From an uncultured Desulfobacterales bacterium (GTDB lineage Bacteria > Desulfobacterota > Dissulfuribacteria > Dissulfuribacterales > QOAL01), in NCBI GenBank assembly GCA_964573615.1, contig CAZNKD010000052.1:6220-70219 (forward strand): a stretch of DNA of 64,000 bases. The letters are read 5' to 3'. Positions 9,476 to 18,684 of the stretch are shown here, piece by piece. The position numbers were made by a program, and so were the translations under genes. Numbering within the stretch: the first letter of the stretch is position 1; every line of letters starts with the position of its first letter. The notes under the pieces were generated by a model. It had not been told where the DNA came from. It saw nothing but the letters and a program-made list of their open reading frames with translations, and ran no database searches.

Positions 9476-11710
9476 CTAATACCTAAAGCTCAACCCCACA
9501 TATAGCTGAAAGGGTGACTGGGGGATCCTCGGAAGGGCCGTGCCGTTTGAGGGGTCCTCGTTTCCGTTTCCTGAGGTAAAATAGTGGTGATCCAGCAGAT
9601 TGTTGACCTTGAGCTCCAGATCCGCTCCCGGGAACAGATCCAGCCACCTGAAGTTTCCATCAACGATAAAGGCTCCGGGCATGGTCTTTCCCTCATAGAT
9701 GGGATTGCTGGGCTGGGTGTGTATCCCGCTCATCCACCTGCATCTCAGGCTGTATGAGAAGGTATCGAATATCACCCCGCTCAGGCCTGCCGCAACCTTA
9801 TGATTGGAGACCTTGGGTGCATCGAACTCGTGTCCATCCAGCTGGACCCGGGCATAGATGAAGGAGTAGTCCAGATCTATAGAGAGCTCTGGAAGAAACC
9901 TGAAGAGCATGGACAGCTCTGCCCCCCAGTTGGTCTGCATACCGGAATTCTCAGGCAGCTCTATCACTCCGTCCGGGATCACTGTGCCATCCAGGAGATA
10001 GAAGGTATTGCCATGGATCCTGCGGCCGGTCTCTTGGATCATGTCCCTCGCCTGGGACCAGAAGAGAGACAGATTGAGATTGAGACGCCTGCCATGTCTT
10101 TCATAGCTCAGCTCCAAAGACTCCACACGCTCGGGATCCAGCTCCATATCGAAGAGTTCGGGTGAAAGATGCGCATAGTCACCCTGTTCATCCATCCAGG
10201 TCTTGTATCTGAAATAGGGAGAGGGAAAGATATAGGCCCTTGCATACATGAGTTTGACACTCTCTGCCGTGCCGATCCTGTAGACCAGGCCCACCCTTGG
10301 GTTGAAGGTATCGTCATGGTTGAAGGTCTCCCAGTCATAGCGCCCGCCGAGGGTCAACGTGAGATCACGGCTCAACTCATGGCTCACCTGCAGGAATCCC
10401 CCGTAGTACCAGTACTTCTGTTCCCTGATGGGGCTGATGCTGATTGTGCGTCCATCGGCCAGCTCTACCCGGGTTATTGGAAAATCGTCAAAGGAATCCC
10501 CTCCATCGAAGGGAGTGCGGCTATTGAGATAGGGCATGGTGGAGACATGCTTTGCACTAAAACCTCCCACCAACTTGCCCCCCGAATAGTTCAGGTCGAA
10601 TTGCTCCTCGAACCTGAAGGACTCGGAGCGCTCATAGACATAGTTGTCAAAGGTGCGGCGTCCATAGTTGCTCCTCGGGTCGAGTTCGTAGTGCTGGTAG
10701 TCGAGGGTGGAGAGAAATTTCAGGCGGGAATCCTGCTCAAACGTATGTGAGAGCCTGAGATTCCATGTATCCGATATGACCTTGTCCTTCTTTTCCTGGG
10801 TCCTGCCGGTGATCCATGGGGTCTGGATATTGTTGGGCTGCCTGTTGTGATAATAGAGCGCCTCGGCCAGAAATGGGCCTAGGCCAGCCCTTGCCATGAG
10901 ATCCATGGACTGGGCAGGGGCCTCGAAAGGCCAGTCCCTTCGATAATATGGGATGCTCGTGCCGCCCAGCCTATAGCGATCACTATCATACTCCTTTCGC
11001 ATATCGAAGTCGTTGGTCCGATGGCCATGACCATAGAGCTGGAAAAAGCGGTCTGCCTGCCCATATCCAGACAGAAAATAGCCCTCGAAGGTGTCATTAA
11101 GCCCAGCGCTCGCCCTCCCCTCTACGGCAAGGCCCTGATTCACCCTCTTGCTCACCAGGTTTATGACCCCTGCAAAGGCATCTGCACCGTACATGGCAGA
11201 GGCGGGGCCGTACAGGACCTCTATGCGCTCCAGGCCATCCACGGAGAGATGATCACCATATATCATATGGGTACCATTTGCAGGGTTGAGACAGATGCCA
11301 TCTTTGTATATCTGGATCTTGTTGTTGCCGAGAAGGCCGCGCTGGATCACATAGGCGCCCCCTGCCTGCCCTCCGATCCTCTCCTGTATATCGAAACCCG
11401 GCAGATCCTTCAGGACCTCCACGAGATTTCTGTAGCCGCGCTGCCTGATCATGGACTCCGTTATCACCACCACGTGAGAGGGGGCATCACTGCCGGGCTG
11501 CTCGAACCTGGAGGCCGAGGTCACCACAGGATCCATGATAAAGAATACGGATTCTGGATCATCCGCCTCCCTCTGGCCCTCAAGGCCAATCTCTGAAAGG
11601 GCATCCCTTCCGTTTGATACGAGTTCGGACTCCGATGCGTTTGAGAGATGAAACGAACCCAGAAGAAACGTCCAGAAAGAGATGAAGATCAGTGCAAACA
11701 GGCTGATCAT
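9476..11710 (-). CDS. TonB-dependent receptor
   Basis: 744 aa. Signal peptide, plug-domain motifs (VVTSASRFEQPGSDAPSHVVVITESMIRQRGYRNLVEVLKDLPGFDI), a long beta-barrel, and a C-terminal aromatic end ...YVGLSFRY. Confidence 0.9.
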   Translation of the reverse strand: MISLFALIFISFWTFLLGSFHLSNASESELVSNGRDALSEIGLEGQREADDPESVFFIMDPVVTSASRFEQPGSDAPSHVVVITESMIRQRGYRNLVEVLKDLPGFDIQERIGGQAGGAYVIQRGLLGNNKIQIYKDGICLNPANGTHMIYGDHLSVDGLERIEVLYGPASAMYGADAFAGVINLVSKRVNQGLAVEGRASAGLNDTFEGYFLSGYGQADRFFQLYGHGHRTNDFDMRKEYDSDRYRLGGTSIPYYRRDWPFEAPAQSMDLMARAGLGPFLAEALYYHNRQPNNIQTPWITGRTQEKKDKVISDTWNLRLSHTFEQDSRLKFLSTLDYQHYELDPRSNYGRRTFDNYVYERSESFRFEEQFDLNYSGGKLVGGFSAKHVSTMPYLNSRTPFDGGDSFDDFPITRVELADGRTISISPIREQKYWYYGGFLQVSHELSRDLTLTLGGRYDWETFNHDDTFNPRVGLVYRIGTAESVKLMYARAYIFPSPYFRYKTWMDEQGDYAHLSPELFDMELDPERVESLELSYERHGRRLNLNLSLFWSQARDMIQETGRRIHGNTFYLLDGTVIPDGVIELPENSGMQTNWGAELSMLFRFLPELSIDLDYSFIYARVQLDGHEFDAPKVSNHKVAAGLSGVIFDTFSYSLRCRWMSGIHTQPSNPIYEGKTMPGAFIVDGNFRWLDLFPGADLELKVNNLLDHHYFTSGNGNEDPSNGTALPRIPQSPFQLYVGLSFRY

Positions 11711-11760
11711 TGCTATAAACTCCCTGTTTGGATATCCCTCACCATACGACCGGCTTCAAC

Positions 11761-11788
11761 CAGTAGGATATTGGCAGTAGGATATTGG
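11761..11788. repeat. perfect 14-bp tandem direct repeat (CAGTAGGATATTGG x2) abutting the putative -35 of the TonB-receptor operon
   Basis: Read directly. On the minus strand it is followed by TTGAAG, 17 bp, GATATC, and then an RBS and the ATG at 11710. Confidence 0.8.
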
Positions 11789-11808
11789 CTTGATAGTTCA
11801 ATCCTCCA

Positions 11809-12867
11809 TCAAGGCCCGAAGAGCTCACCCGCCCTTTCAAGAAGGCCTGAGAGCAGCCTTATGGTCTCTTCTATGTCACAGATGCGTGCAATCCCGCACG
11901 GGCCATGAATATAGCGCACAGGCACCGACAGCGCACCTGCCCTGCAGCCAGAGGCCCATTTCTGGAACAGGCCCGCATTCGTCCCACCTACATCCTTCAC
12001 CACCACCTGATGCCTGATGCCCCCCTTGATGGCGGTATCGACAAACAGATCGGCAAGCACCCTGTCTGCCAGGAATCGTCCATCGCTGAGCCTGATCTCA
12101 GGTCCTGCACCTGCCCTTGCAAGTATCTTGTGTTCCGGAACCCCGGGCACGTCATTGCAGACAGTGCCCTCGACGGCGATGGCCACACGGGGCCTCAGCC
12201 TCTCCATGACGGGACCTGCGCCCTTCAGGCCGTTTTCCTCCTGCACGGTGAAGGATATAGCCAGCCTGTAGCCTTCTGGCCTGAAGCCGGATTCGAACAG
12301 GCGCCCAAGGGCCTCAAGGATCACGAAGATCCCTATCCGGTCGTCCAGGGCCCTGGCCATCACTGCCCCACCGCTGCACTCCCATATATCGGGAAACGAT
12401 ATGTAGTCACCCGGTGTGACCAGATCTCTTACGGCTTCAGGCTCAAGCCCTGTATCCACATAGAGATCGGCCATGTCCGGGGTGCCCTGGGATCCGCTTC
12501 CCCCTTTGGACAGATGGGGCGGTATCTGTCCTATCACCCCGGCAACCCGCCTCTGGCCTCTCAGGGCATGGATCACCACCCTTTGTCCCAGGACCACCCG
12601 GGCATCCATGCCACCAAGGGGGATGAATCTTATGAAGCCTGCCCCGTCCACATGGCGTACCATGAACCCCACCTCATCCATGTGGGCATCCAGGAGCAGC
12701 CTCTCCCCCTCACCTCCAAAGTCGAACACCAGGCTGCCAAGCTCGTCCTCTTCCACACCAACGGCCATCGAGGCCACATCTGTCTCTTTTATCAATCTGC
12801 GTACCGGCGCCTCCCAGCCAGGAAGGCCAGGAGCGGTAACAAGGGCCTTCAAAAGATCAAGATCCAT
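11809..12867 (-). CDS. M42 family metallopeptidase (FrvX/glutamyl aminopeptidase-like)
   Basis: Start moved to the ATG at 12867 (MDLDLLKALVTAPGLPGWE...). HMDEVGFMV and ALDDRIG motifs are typical of M42. Confidence 0.8.
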   Translation of the reverse strand: MDLDLLKALVTAPGLPGWEAPVRRLIKETDVASMAVGVEEDELGSLVFDFGGEGERLLLDAHMDEVGFMVRHVDGAGFIRFIPLGGMDARVVLGQRVVIHALRGQRRVAGVIGQIPPHLSKGGSGSQGTPDMADLYVDTGLEPEAVRDLVTPGDYISFPDIWECSGGAVMARALDDRIGIFVILEALGRLFESGFRPEGYRLAISFTVQEENGLKGAGPVMERLRPRVAIAVEGTVCNDVPGVPEHKILARAGAGPEIRLSDGRFLADRVLADLFVDTAIKGGIRHQVVVKDVGGTNAGLFQKWASGCRAGALSVPVRYIHGPCGIARICDIEETIRLLSGLLERAGELFGP

Positions 12868-12904
12868 ATATCCACTCTCCCTGAAACACCATCCTCTCTG
12901 ATAG

Positions 12905-14083
12905 TTATCGACTCGTCCCCTTAAACTCCCCCTTGGCAGCGCGTATGACAAGATCGTCAAAGGCCCTGTCCACCTCCACAGAGATCAAAAGGGCCCCTAT
13001 CTTCATACCCTCCGGCAGGCCGCCTGGAAGCCTGCCGAGGAGCGGCTCGATCTTGACCCAGTCCTTTTCCGTACAGACAAGGGCCCTGGCCCCCGACTCC
13101 CTCGCCCTTTGAAAGAGCAGCCGGAGATCCCTTGGCCGAAAGACAAAGTGATCCCTGAAGGGTGTTTCACCCACGATGTCTGAAAAACAGCTGCGACAGA
13201 GAGAGAAGAAACGCTCCGGCGCAGCAATGGCACAAAAGGCCCAGACCGGAAGGGCCCTTTCAGTGAGGGCGTCAAGGCTGGCACTGGATGCCCTTTTGGC
13301 TTCAAAGTCCCACCACTTGAGCCCGGCCGGCCTCGTACGGCTGAAAAAGAGCGGCAGCTCCGGAAAAGACCTGTGGATCTTGGCCCTGGCAAGCTCTGCT
13401 CCATCTTCATAGTGCCCCTCTTCATAATGGCTGACGTCGCACCCTGAAGGATCAAGGCCTGTTATCACCCCTGCATCGGCCCGGCTTATGGCAGACACGG
13501 GCTCTCTCAGATCCCCGCCAGGAAAGACCCTGCCTGTCCCAAAGGGTGCGGTTGCAGGAAACAGCACCACATCCAGGTCCCGCTTGAGTGATAGGTGCTG
13601 AAACCCATCATCGAGGACCAGGAGATCCGCATCGAGGCGCCTGATCGCAAGCCTTGCAGAGGTGACCCGCCTAGATCCTGCCACCACAGGGACTCCGGGC
13701 AGCAGACTTGCCAGCATAAAGGCCTCGTCCCCGGCCCTCTCCGGCCCTGCAAGGACCTTGCTGCCATCAGAGACGACAAGTGGCCCCTTGCCTGCCCTTC
13801 CGCCATAGCCCCTGGTTATGACAGCGGCCCTGAACCCCTCTTCCTTGAGAAGGCGGCAGACATGGATCACATGAGGCGTCTTGCCTGTTCCGCCGAGACT
13901 TAGATTCCCTATGCTTATCACCGGTCTTTCGACCCTGAAGGAAGGGAGAAGCCCCCGGTCGTATGCCCTCTGCCTGATACGCATGGCAAGGGAGTAGATG
14001 GGGGACAGGGGGCGGCCCAGTCTGAAAAGGGTGTGGCTCAAATCGCTCCTTGTCCCTGGCCTACGCCCCTGCTGCATGCTCAT
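12905..14083 (-). CDS. lpxK: tetraacyldisaccharide 4'-kinase
   Basis: P-loop context ISIGNLSLGGTGKTPHV and overall LpxK-like layout. Start overlaps the waaA stop (ATGA). Confidence 0.9.
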   Translation of the reverse strand: MSMQQGRRPGTRSDLSHTLFRLGRPLSPIYSLAMRIRQRAYDRGLLPSFRVERPVISIGNLSLGGTGKTPHVIHVCRLLKEEGFRAAVITRGYGGRAGKGPLVVSDGSKVLAGPERAGDEAFMLASLLPGVPVVAGSRRVTSARLAIRRLDADLLVLDDGFQHLSLKRDLDVVLFPATAPFGTGRVFPGGDLREPVSAISRADAGVITGLDPSGCDVSHYEEGHYEDGAELARAKIHRSFPELPLFFSRTRPAGLKWWDFEAKRASSASLDALTERALPVWAFCAIAAPERFFSLCRSCFSDIVGETPFRDHFVFRPRDLRLLFQRARESGARALVCTEKDWVKIEPLLGRLPGGLPEGMKIGALLISVEVDRAFDDLVIRAAKGEFKGTSR

Positions 14084-15468
14084 CTCTCTTGCCTGACAGC
14101 CCCTTGGCCAATCCTCGGCAGGCGGTGGTGTGGCAAAAAACGCTCGATCAATCCGATATACCTTTCGGTTACCCCCCTGTTTGATCGAACCACCCGGTAT
14201 GCCGCCTGTCCGGAGCTGTGCTTCAGCCCCTCATCACCCAAAAGCCTGGAGACAATCTCTGAAAGCCCCTGGCTGCCTGTTATCTGGAACCCGCCCCCTG
14301 CGCCCTTCAGCGCCGATGCCGCCTCCTTGATGCTCTCCACATAGGGGCCGAACATGACAGGGATGCCCATGGCCGCAGGCTCAAGCAGATTGTGGCCACC
14401 GACAGGAACCAGGCTCCCCCCTACGAAGGCCGCAGAACCGATACCGTACAGCCTTACGAGTTTCCCAAGGCTGTCCACCACCACCACCTTTGTCCCCTTG
14501 CGGCCAGCCCTCGAAAACAGCTCGGCACCTATACCAGCAGCCCTGAACAGGCCAAGGACCTCTCCAGCCCTTGCAGGGAGCCTGGGGGCCACTACCACCT
14601 TGAAATCTCTACGCTCCTCAAGGAATCCCGAAAGTGCCTTCAGGAGGATCTCCTCTTCTCCGGGGTGGGTGCTTCCGCACACGAGGACGAAGTCCTTGGC
14701 CCCAAAGCCGCATGCCTCCCGGAGAGCCCTCCTTTCTTCGGCATCGAGGGGCGCTATGTCCAGATCGAACTTGAGGTTTCCAAAGCTCTCGATCCTGCCC
14801 GTGGCCCCACCCTTGAAGATCTCAAGGGATCTCAGCCTTTCGGCATCGTCCTCCGACTGCATGGCCAGAAAGGAAAAGCCTCCATAGAGACAGGCGGCAG
14901 CCATGGGCAGCCTGCGGAGCCTTGAGGCCGCCTTTTGGGAGATGCTGCCGTTTATAAGGAGCACAGGGATCTTCCGACCCTTCAGATGCCATATGAGATT
15001 TGGCCAGATATCCGTCTCTATGAGCACGAATAGGACAGGCCTTATGCGGGAGACCACCCTCTTGACCACCGGCAGGATATCGAAGGGAAGCACACCGCTT
15101 TTGGCCCCGATCTCCTCTGCCAGTTCGGCCATGGCGGACAGCCCCGTCATGGTGGAGGCTGTAAGAAAGAGCCCAGGGGGCTGGGATGAGCCGGAAAAGG
15201 CCTGCCTGAGCCCCTGGATCAGCGGTCGTGCGGCATTCACCTCCCCGTAGCTCAGGGCGTGTACCCAGACCGGACCACAGGCCTGACCTGAGCTGCCAGC
15301 CTCCATCCCCGAGGGGCCTGCTGCCGGCAGATCGAGCCCGATCCTTGCCTTCAACTGGCCCCTGTATTTCTTCCTGAGCAGCTGATAGAGTAGGAAGGGA
15401 GGGCCGAGTACAGGCGCCAAGGCCGCCTGCATCAGGTTATATGGGATGATGCAGCTGGCTCTGCTCAT
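14080..15468 (-). CDS. waaA: 3-deoxy-D-manno-octulosonic acid (Kdo) transferase
   Basis: VWVHALSYGEVNAARPLI motif and C-terminal GGSLVPVGGHNLLEPAA, typical of KdtA/WaaA. Operon with lpxK. Confidence 0.9.
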   Translation of the reverse strand: MSRASCIIPYNLMQAALAPVLGPPFLLYQLLRKKYRGQLKARIGLDLPAAGPSGMEAGSSGQACGPVWVHALSYGEVNAARPLIQGLRQAFSGSSQPPGLFLTASTMTGLSAMAELAEEIGAKSGVLPFDILPVVKRVVSRIRPVLFVLIETDIWPNLIWHLKGRKIPVLLINGSISQKAASRLRRLPMAAACLYGGFSFLAMQSEDDAERLRSLEIFKGGATGRIESFGNLKFDLDIAPLDAEERRALREACGFGAKDFVLVCGSTHPGEEEILLKALSGFLEERRDFKVVVAPRLPARAGEVLGLFRAAGIGAELFSRAGRKGTKVVVVDSLGKLVRLYGIGSAAFVGGSLVPVGGHNLLEPAAMGIPVMFGPYVESIKEAASALKGAGGGFQITGSQGLSEIVSRLLGDEGLKHSSGQAAYRVVRSNRGVTERYIGLIERFLPHHRLPRIGQGAVRQER

Positions 15469-15617
15469 GAAAAGGCGGAAATGGTGAAGATGATAATTTT
15501 CACGGGCTGATTATTTTATCTTCCAAGAGGGCTCAAGGCCCCAAAAAACAGTTTCCATATCCTTTGTTCTGTTGAACCGTTGCGCTCACTTGGGCTCACT
15601 CGTTTAGGGGATTATTT

Positions 15618-17441
15618 ATGCCAGCTGCCTTTTTTGCAAGCTTTAAAAAGAGTTTGAAACAGTGGCTCATATTCAGGCGTGTCCTGCTGCTCGCCATCCC
15701 CACAGGCATCATAGCCGGCCTGGGCTCCGTGCTCTTCTATGTGGCCCTGGACTTTTCACACCACATCTTTCTCGATGCACTTGCCGGCTACAGGCCGGAA
15801 GGCCCGGCAGGCGAGACCTCGCTCTTCAAGCCCACACCAACACCCTTCAACCGATGGATGCTCCTGGCCGTACCGGCCATAGGAGGTCTCATATCCGGGG
15901 TACTCATCTACAGCCTCGCCCCGGAGGCGGAAGGCCACGGTACGGACGCAGCCCTTGAGAGCTACCACTTCAAGAATGCCATGATCAGGGGGCGCATCCC
16001 GCTCATAAAGACCATTGCCTCTGCGATCACCATCGGCTCAGGAGGCTCCGGGGGACGTGAGGGGCCAATCGCCCAGATCGGGGCGGGCTTCGGCTCCATA
16101 ATCGCCCAGAAACTCCATCTCAGGAGTGAAGAGCGCAGGCTTCTCATGATGGCAGGCATGAGTGCCGGAATCGGCTCCATCTTTCATGCCCCACTTGCAG
16201 GTGCCATCTTTGCCGCAGAGATCCTGTATCGCGATATCGACATGGAGTACGAGCTCCTGGTCCCCTCGGCCATAACCTCGGTCGTGGCCTACTGCGTCTT
16301 CTCCCTCTTCTTTGGCTTCGGCTCCCTCTTCGTGACCCCCGAGTTCAAGATGTCCCATGCCCTGGAGATCATCCCCTATACAATCCTCGCCATAACAGTG
16401 GCCTTTGGGGCACGTTTCTATGCCAGGGTGTTCTACTGGGTGCGGGACATGTTCCTGAAGCTTCCAGGCCCTCCCCATATTAGGCCTGCGATAGGGGGGC
16501 TGCTGACCGGCGTAATCGGCTTCTTTCTGCCAGATGCCATCTACACCGGCTACGGGGCACTGCAGCAGGCATTCTTTGGCCATCTTGCAGCAACGACCCT
16601 CCTTGCAATAGCGGTTCTCAAGATATTTGCCACTGCCTTCAGCATCGGCTCTGGTGGAAGCGGCGGTGTCTTCGGGCCCTCGGTGGTCATAGGCGGAACA
16701 CTTGGAGGTGCGATAGGCCTCTTCCTGCAGCACCACATGCCCTCCATGGTCCCAACGCCTGAGGCATATGTCATCGTGGGCATGGCGGGATTCTTTGCCT
16801 CGGCTGCCAGCACCCCATTTTCCACAGTGATCATGGTGAGCGAGATGACAGGAAACTACGAGCTGCTGCTGCCTGCGGTATGGGTCTCCACCCTGGCATT
16901 TCTCCTGCGCGGAAAGCAGGGCATCTATGAAAAGCAGCTGGTGACCCGGTTCGACACCCCCATCCACCACGCCGAATTCCTGCTCGAGACCCTGGCAAGG
17001 CTCACGGTACACGAGGTCATGACAAGGCTCGGCCGCCCCCGGCTGGAGCTGGTAAGGCAGGACATTACCCTGGATCAGCTGGAGCAGCTCCTGAAGAAGA
17101 GGCCAAGGCCATCGATCGTGGTCGTGACCGATGACGAAGGGCACTATCGAGGTGTGATCTTCGGAAGGAGGGCCCGGGCCAAGATCATCAAGCACAAGAG
17201 GGAGGGAACCCCCCTGTCTGTCAAGGAGCTCATAAGACGCATTCCGACAGTCACACCCTGGGACTCCCTAGCCCTTGCCCTGAAACGCATGGCCGAGGCA
17301 AAGAAGGATGAGGTGGTAGTGCTCAGGCACGAGGGGCAGCAGGAGGTGCCGGTCGGAATACTGAAAAGGGCCGACATACTTCGGGCCTATGACCGGACAA
17401 TCTACAAGGCCAAGATCGAGAGCCACGGCGGAAGATCATGA
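15618..17441 (+). CDS. ClC-family chloride channel/antiporter with C-terminal CBS pair
   Basis: GSGGSGGREGP, GIGSIFHAPLAG and GSGGSGGVFGPS selectivity-filter motifs, about 10 TM segments, and a CBS-like C-terminus. Confidence 0.9.
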   Translation: MPAAFFASFKKSLKQWLIFRRVLLLAIPTGIIAGLGSVLFYVALDFSHHIFLDALAGYRPEGPAGETSLFKPTPTPFNRWMLLAVPAIGGLISGVLIYSLAPEAEGHGTDAALESYHFKNAMIRGRIPLIKTIASAITIGSGGSGGREGPIAQIGAGFGSIIAQKLHLRSEERRLLMMAGMSAGIGSIFHAPLAGAIFAAEILYRDIDMEYELLVPSAITSVVAYCVFSLFFGFGSLFVTPEFKMSHALEIIPYTILAITVAFGARFYARVFYWVRDMFLKLPGPPHIRPAIGGLLTGVIGFFLPDAIYTGYGALQQAFFGHLAATTLLAIAVLKIFATAFSIGSGGSGGVFGPSVVIGGTLGGAIGLFLQHHMPSMVPTPEAYVIVGMAGFFASAASTPFSTVIMVSEMTGNYELLLPAVWVSTLAFLLRGKQGIYEKQLVTRFDTPIHHAEFLLETLARLTVHEVMTRLGRPRLELVRQDITLDQLEQLLKKRPRPSIVVVTDDEGHYRGVIFGRRARAKIIKHKREGTPLSVKELIRRIPTVTPWDSLALALKRMAEAKKDEVVVLRHEGQQEVPVGILKRADILRAYDRTIYKAKIESHGGRS

Positions 17442-17470
17442 GATCCGCATAAGCCCTTCGGATTCGGCAT

Positions 17471-17674
17471 TCAACCCCTTCGGCTGACCTTGGGCGCATA
17501 CATGAGACAGGCCTGTCCCGACTGGGACATGACAAGGAGGGATGGAAGCTGCCTTGCCTTGAAGCCATAGGCCTTGCAGGCGTAGGGCATGGCCGCCTGC
17601 CAGGTTATGCGGAAGTGACGGCACCTGTAGCAGTTGTTGCCCTTTTGTTCCCTTTTGCACACCCTATTTTCCAT
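17471..17674 (-). CDS. small conserved cysteine-rich protein (CxxC...C...C)
   Basis: Start moved to the ATG at 17674: MENRVCKREQKGNNCYRCRHFRITWQAAMPYACKAYGFKARQLPSLLVMSQSGQACLMY... This resembles a small family I recall being mis-annotated as uracil-DNA glycosylase. Several overlapping alternative-frame ORFs exist here, so coding status is uncertain. Confidence 0.4.
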   Translation of the reverse strand: MENRVCKREQKGNNCYRCRHFRITWQAAMPYACKAYGFKARQLPSLLVMSQSGQACLMYAPKVSRRG

Positions 17675-17835
17675 ATCCTCACTCCGTCCATTCCGGCCGG
17701 TCTTCTTCCCGAAAGCCCCACATGACGAGGAGAACCAGTACCTACCCATCTAATCGGCACCCCAAAGATTTCATCAAGCCCCCATGCCATAGAGATCCCC
17801 TATCGTGATCAGGTATATGTTATACTGGCTTGGTC

Positions 17836-18684
17836 ATGGCTGAAGATTCGGGCCCCATGCGGGTACAGAAATTTCTTTCACGGGCAGGGATCTGCTCACG
17901 GCGCAGGGCAGAGGAGCTGCTGCTCCAGGGAAGGGTGCGGATAAACGGCAGAGTCTGCACAGAGCTCGGAACCAAGGTGGACCCCAAGGCCGACCGTATA
18001 GAGGTGGATGGCAGGCCTGTCCGGATAGAAAGGGGCCAGGGACATGTCTATCTCCTGCTGAACAAGCCCAGGGGTGTGCTCACCACCCTCAAGGACCCAT
18101 TTGGCCGGCCCACCATAAAGGATATCCTCTCCAGATATACGGGCGAGAGGGTCTTTCCGGTAGGCCGGCTGGACCGGGACAGTGAGGGCCTGCTCCTATG
18201 TACGAATGATGGCGAGCTCTCAAACAGGCTCCTCCACCCGCGCTACAAGGTGGACAAGGTCTATGTCGTCACTGTGGATGGAGAGCCCGGCCCGGACCAG
18301 ATCGCCCTGCTGGAAGGGGGCAGGATCGAGATCGAGGGCCGAAGGATCAAGCCATGCACCATAGAGCCGGTACGAAAGAGGCGTCGGGGCGGCAACAAGC
18401 CCGTCTCCACCTGGAGGATCACCCTTAAGGAGGGGAGAAAACGCCAGATCAGACAGATGTTCAAGGCCATAGGACACAGGGTGTTGCGCCTTGAACGGGT
18501 GGCAATGGGTCCGTTACATCTAAAGGGGCTCCCTCCCGGAAAGGCAAGGAGTCTCACGGCAGGAGAGATAGAGGCCCTCCGGCGTGCAGCCGGGCTACTC
18601 CAGACAAAGGGCAGCCGGGAGGATGGGGCCCTTTCGAAAGTGCAGGGCCGAGCGCGCCGGCAGCGGCAGGACCGGTCAGACTGA
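17836..18684 (+). CDS. rluB: 23S rRNA pseudouridine synthase (RsuA/RluB family) with N-terminal S4 domain
   Basis: MRVQKFLSRAGICSRRRAEELLLQGRVRINGR (S4 domain) and GRLDRDSEGLLL (catalytic Asp motif). The track start at 17830 is a TTG; the ATG at 17836 is preferred. Confidence 0.85.
   Translation: MAEDSGPMRVQKFLSRAGICSRRRAEELLLQGRVRINGRVCTELGTKVDPKADRIEVDGRPVRIERGQGHVYLLLNKPRGVLTTLKDPFGRPTIKDILSRYTGERVFPVGRLDRDSEGLLLCTNDGELSNRLLHPRYKVDKVYVVTVDGEPGPDQIALLEGGRIEIEGRRIKPCTIEPVRKRRRGGNKPVSTWRITLKEGRKRQIRQMFKAIGHRVLRLERVAMGPLHLKGLPPGKARSLTAGEIEALRRAAGLLQTKGSREDGALSKVQGRARRQRQDRSD

Noticed and set aside
15469-15617. Possible fluoride (crcB-motif) riboswitch upstream of the ClC gene; the region contains GGCGGAAATGGTG...GGCTGATTAT.
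   Set aside because: The P1 hairpin (GGCG...CGCC), the AAACCGCC-type segment and the pseudoknot partner cannot be formed. The channel also has the canonical GREGP chloride-type filter rather than a ClC-F signature.
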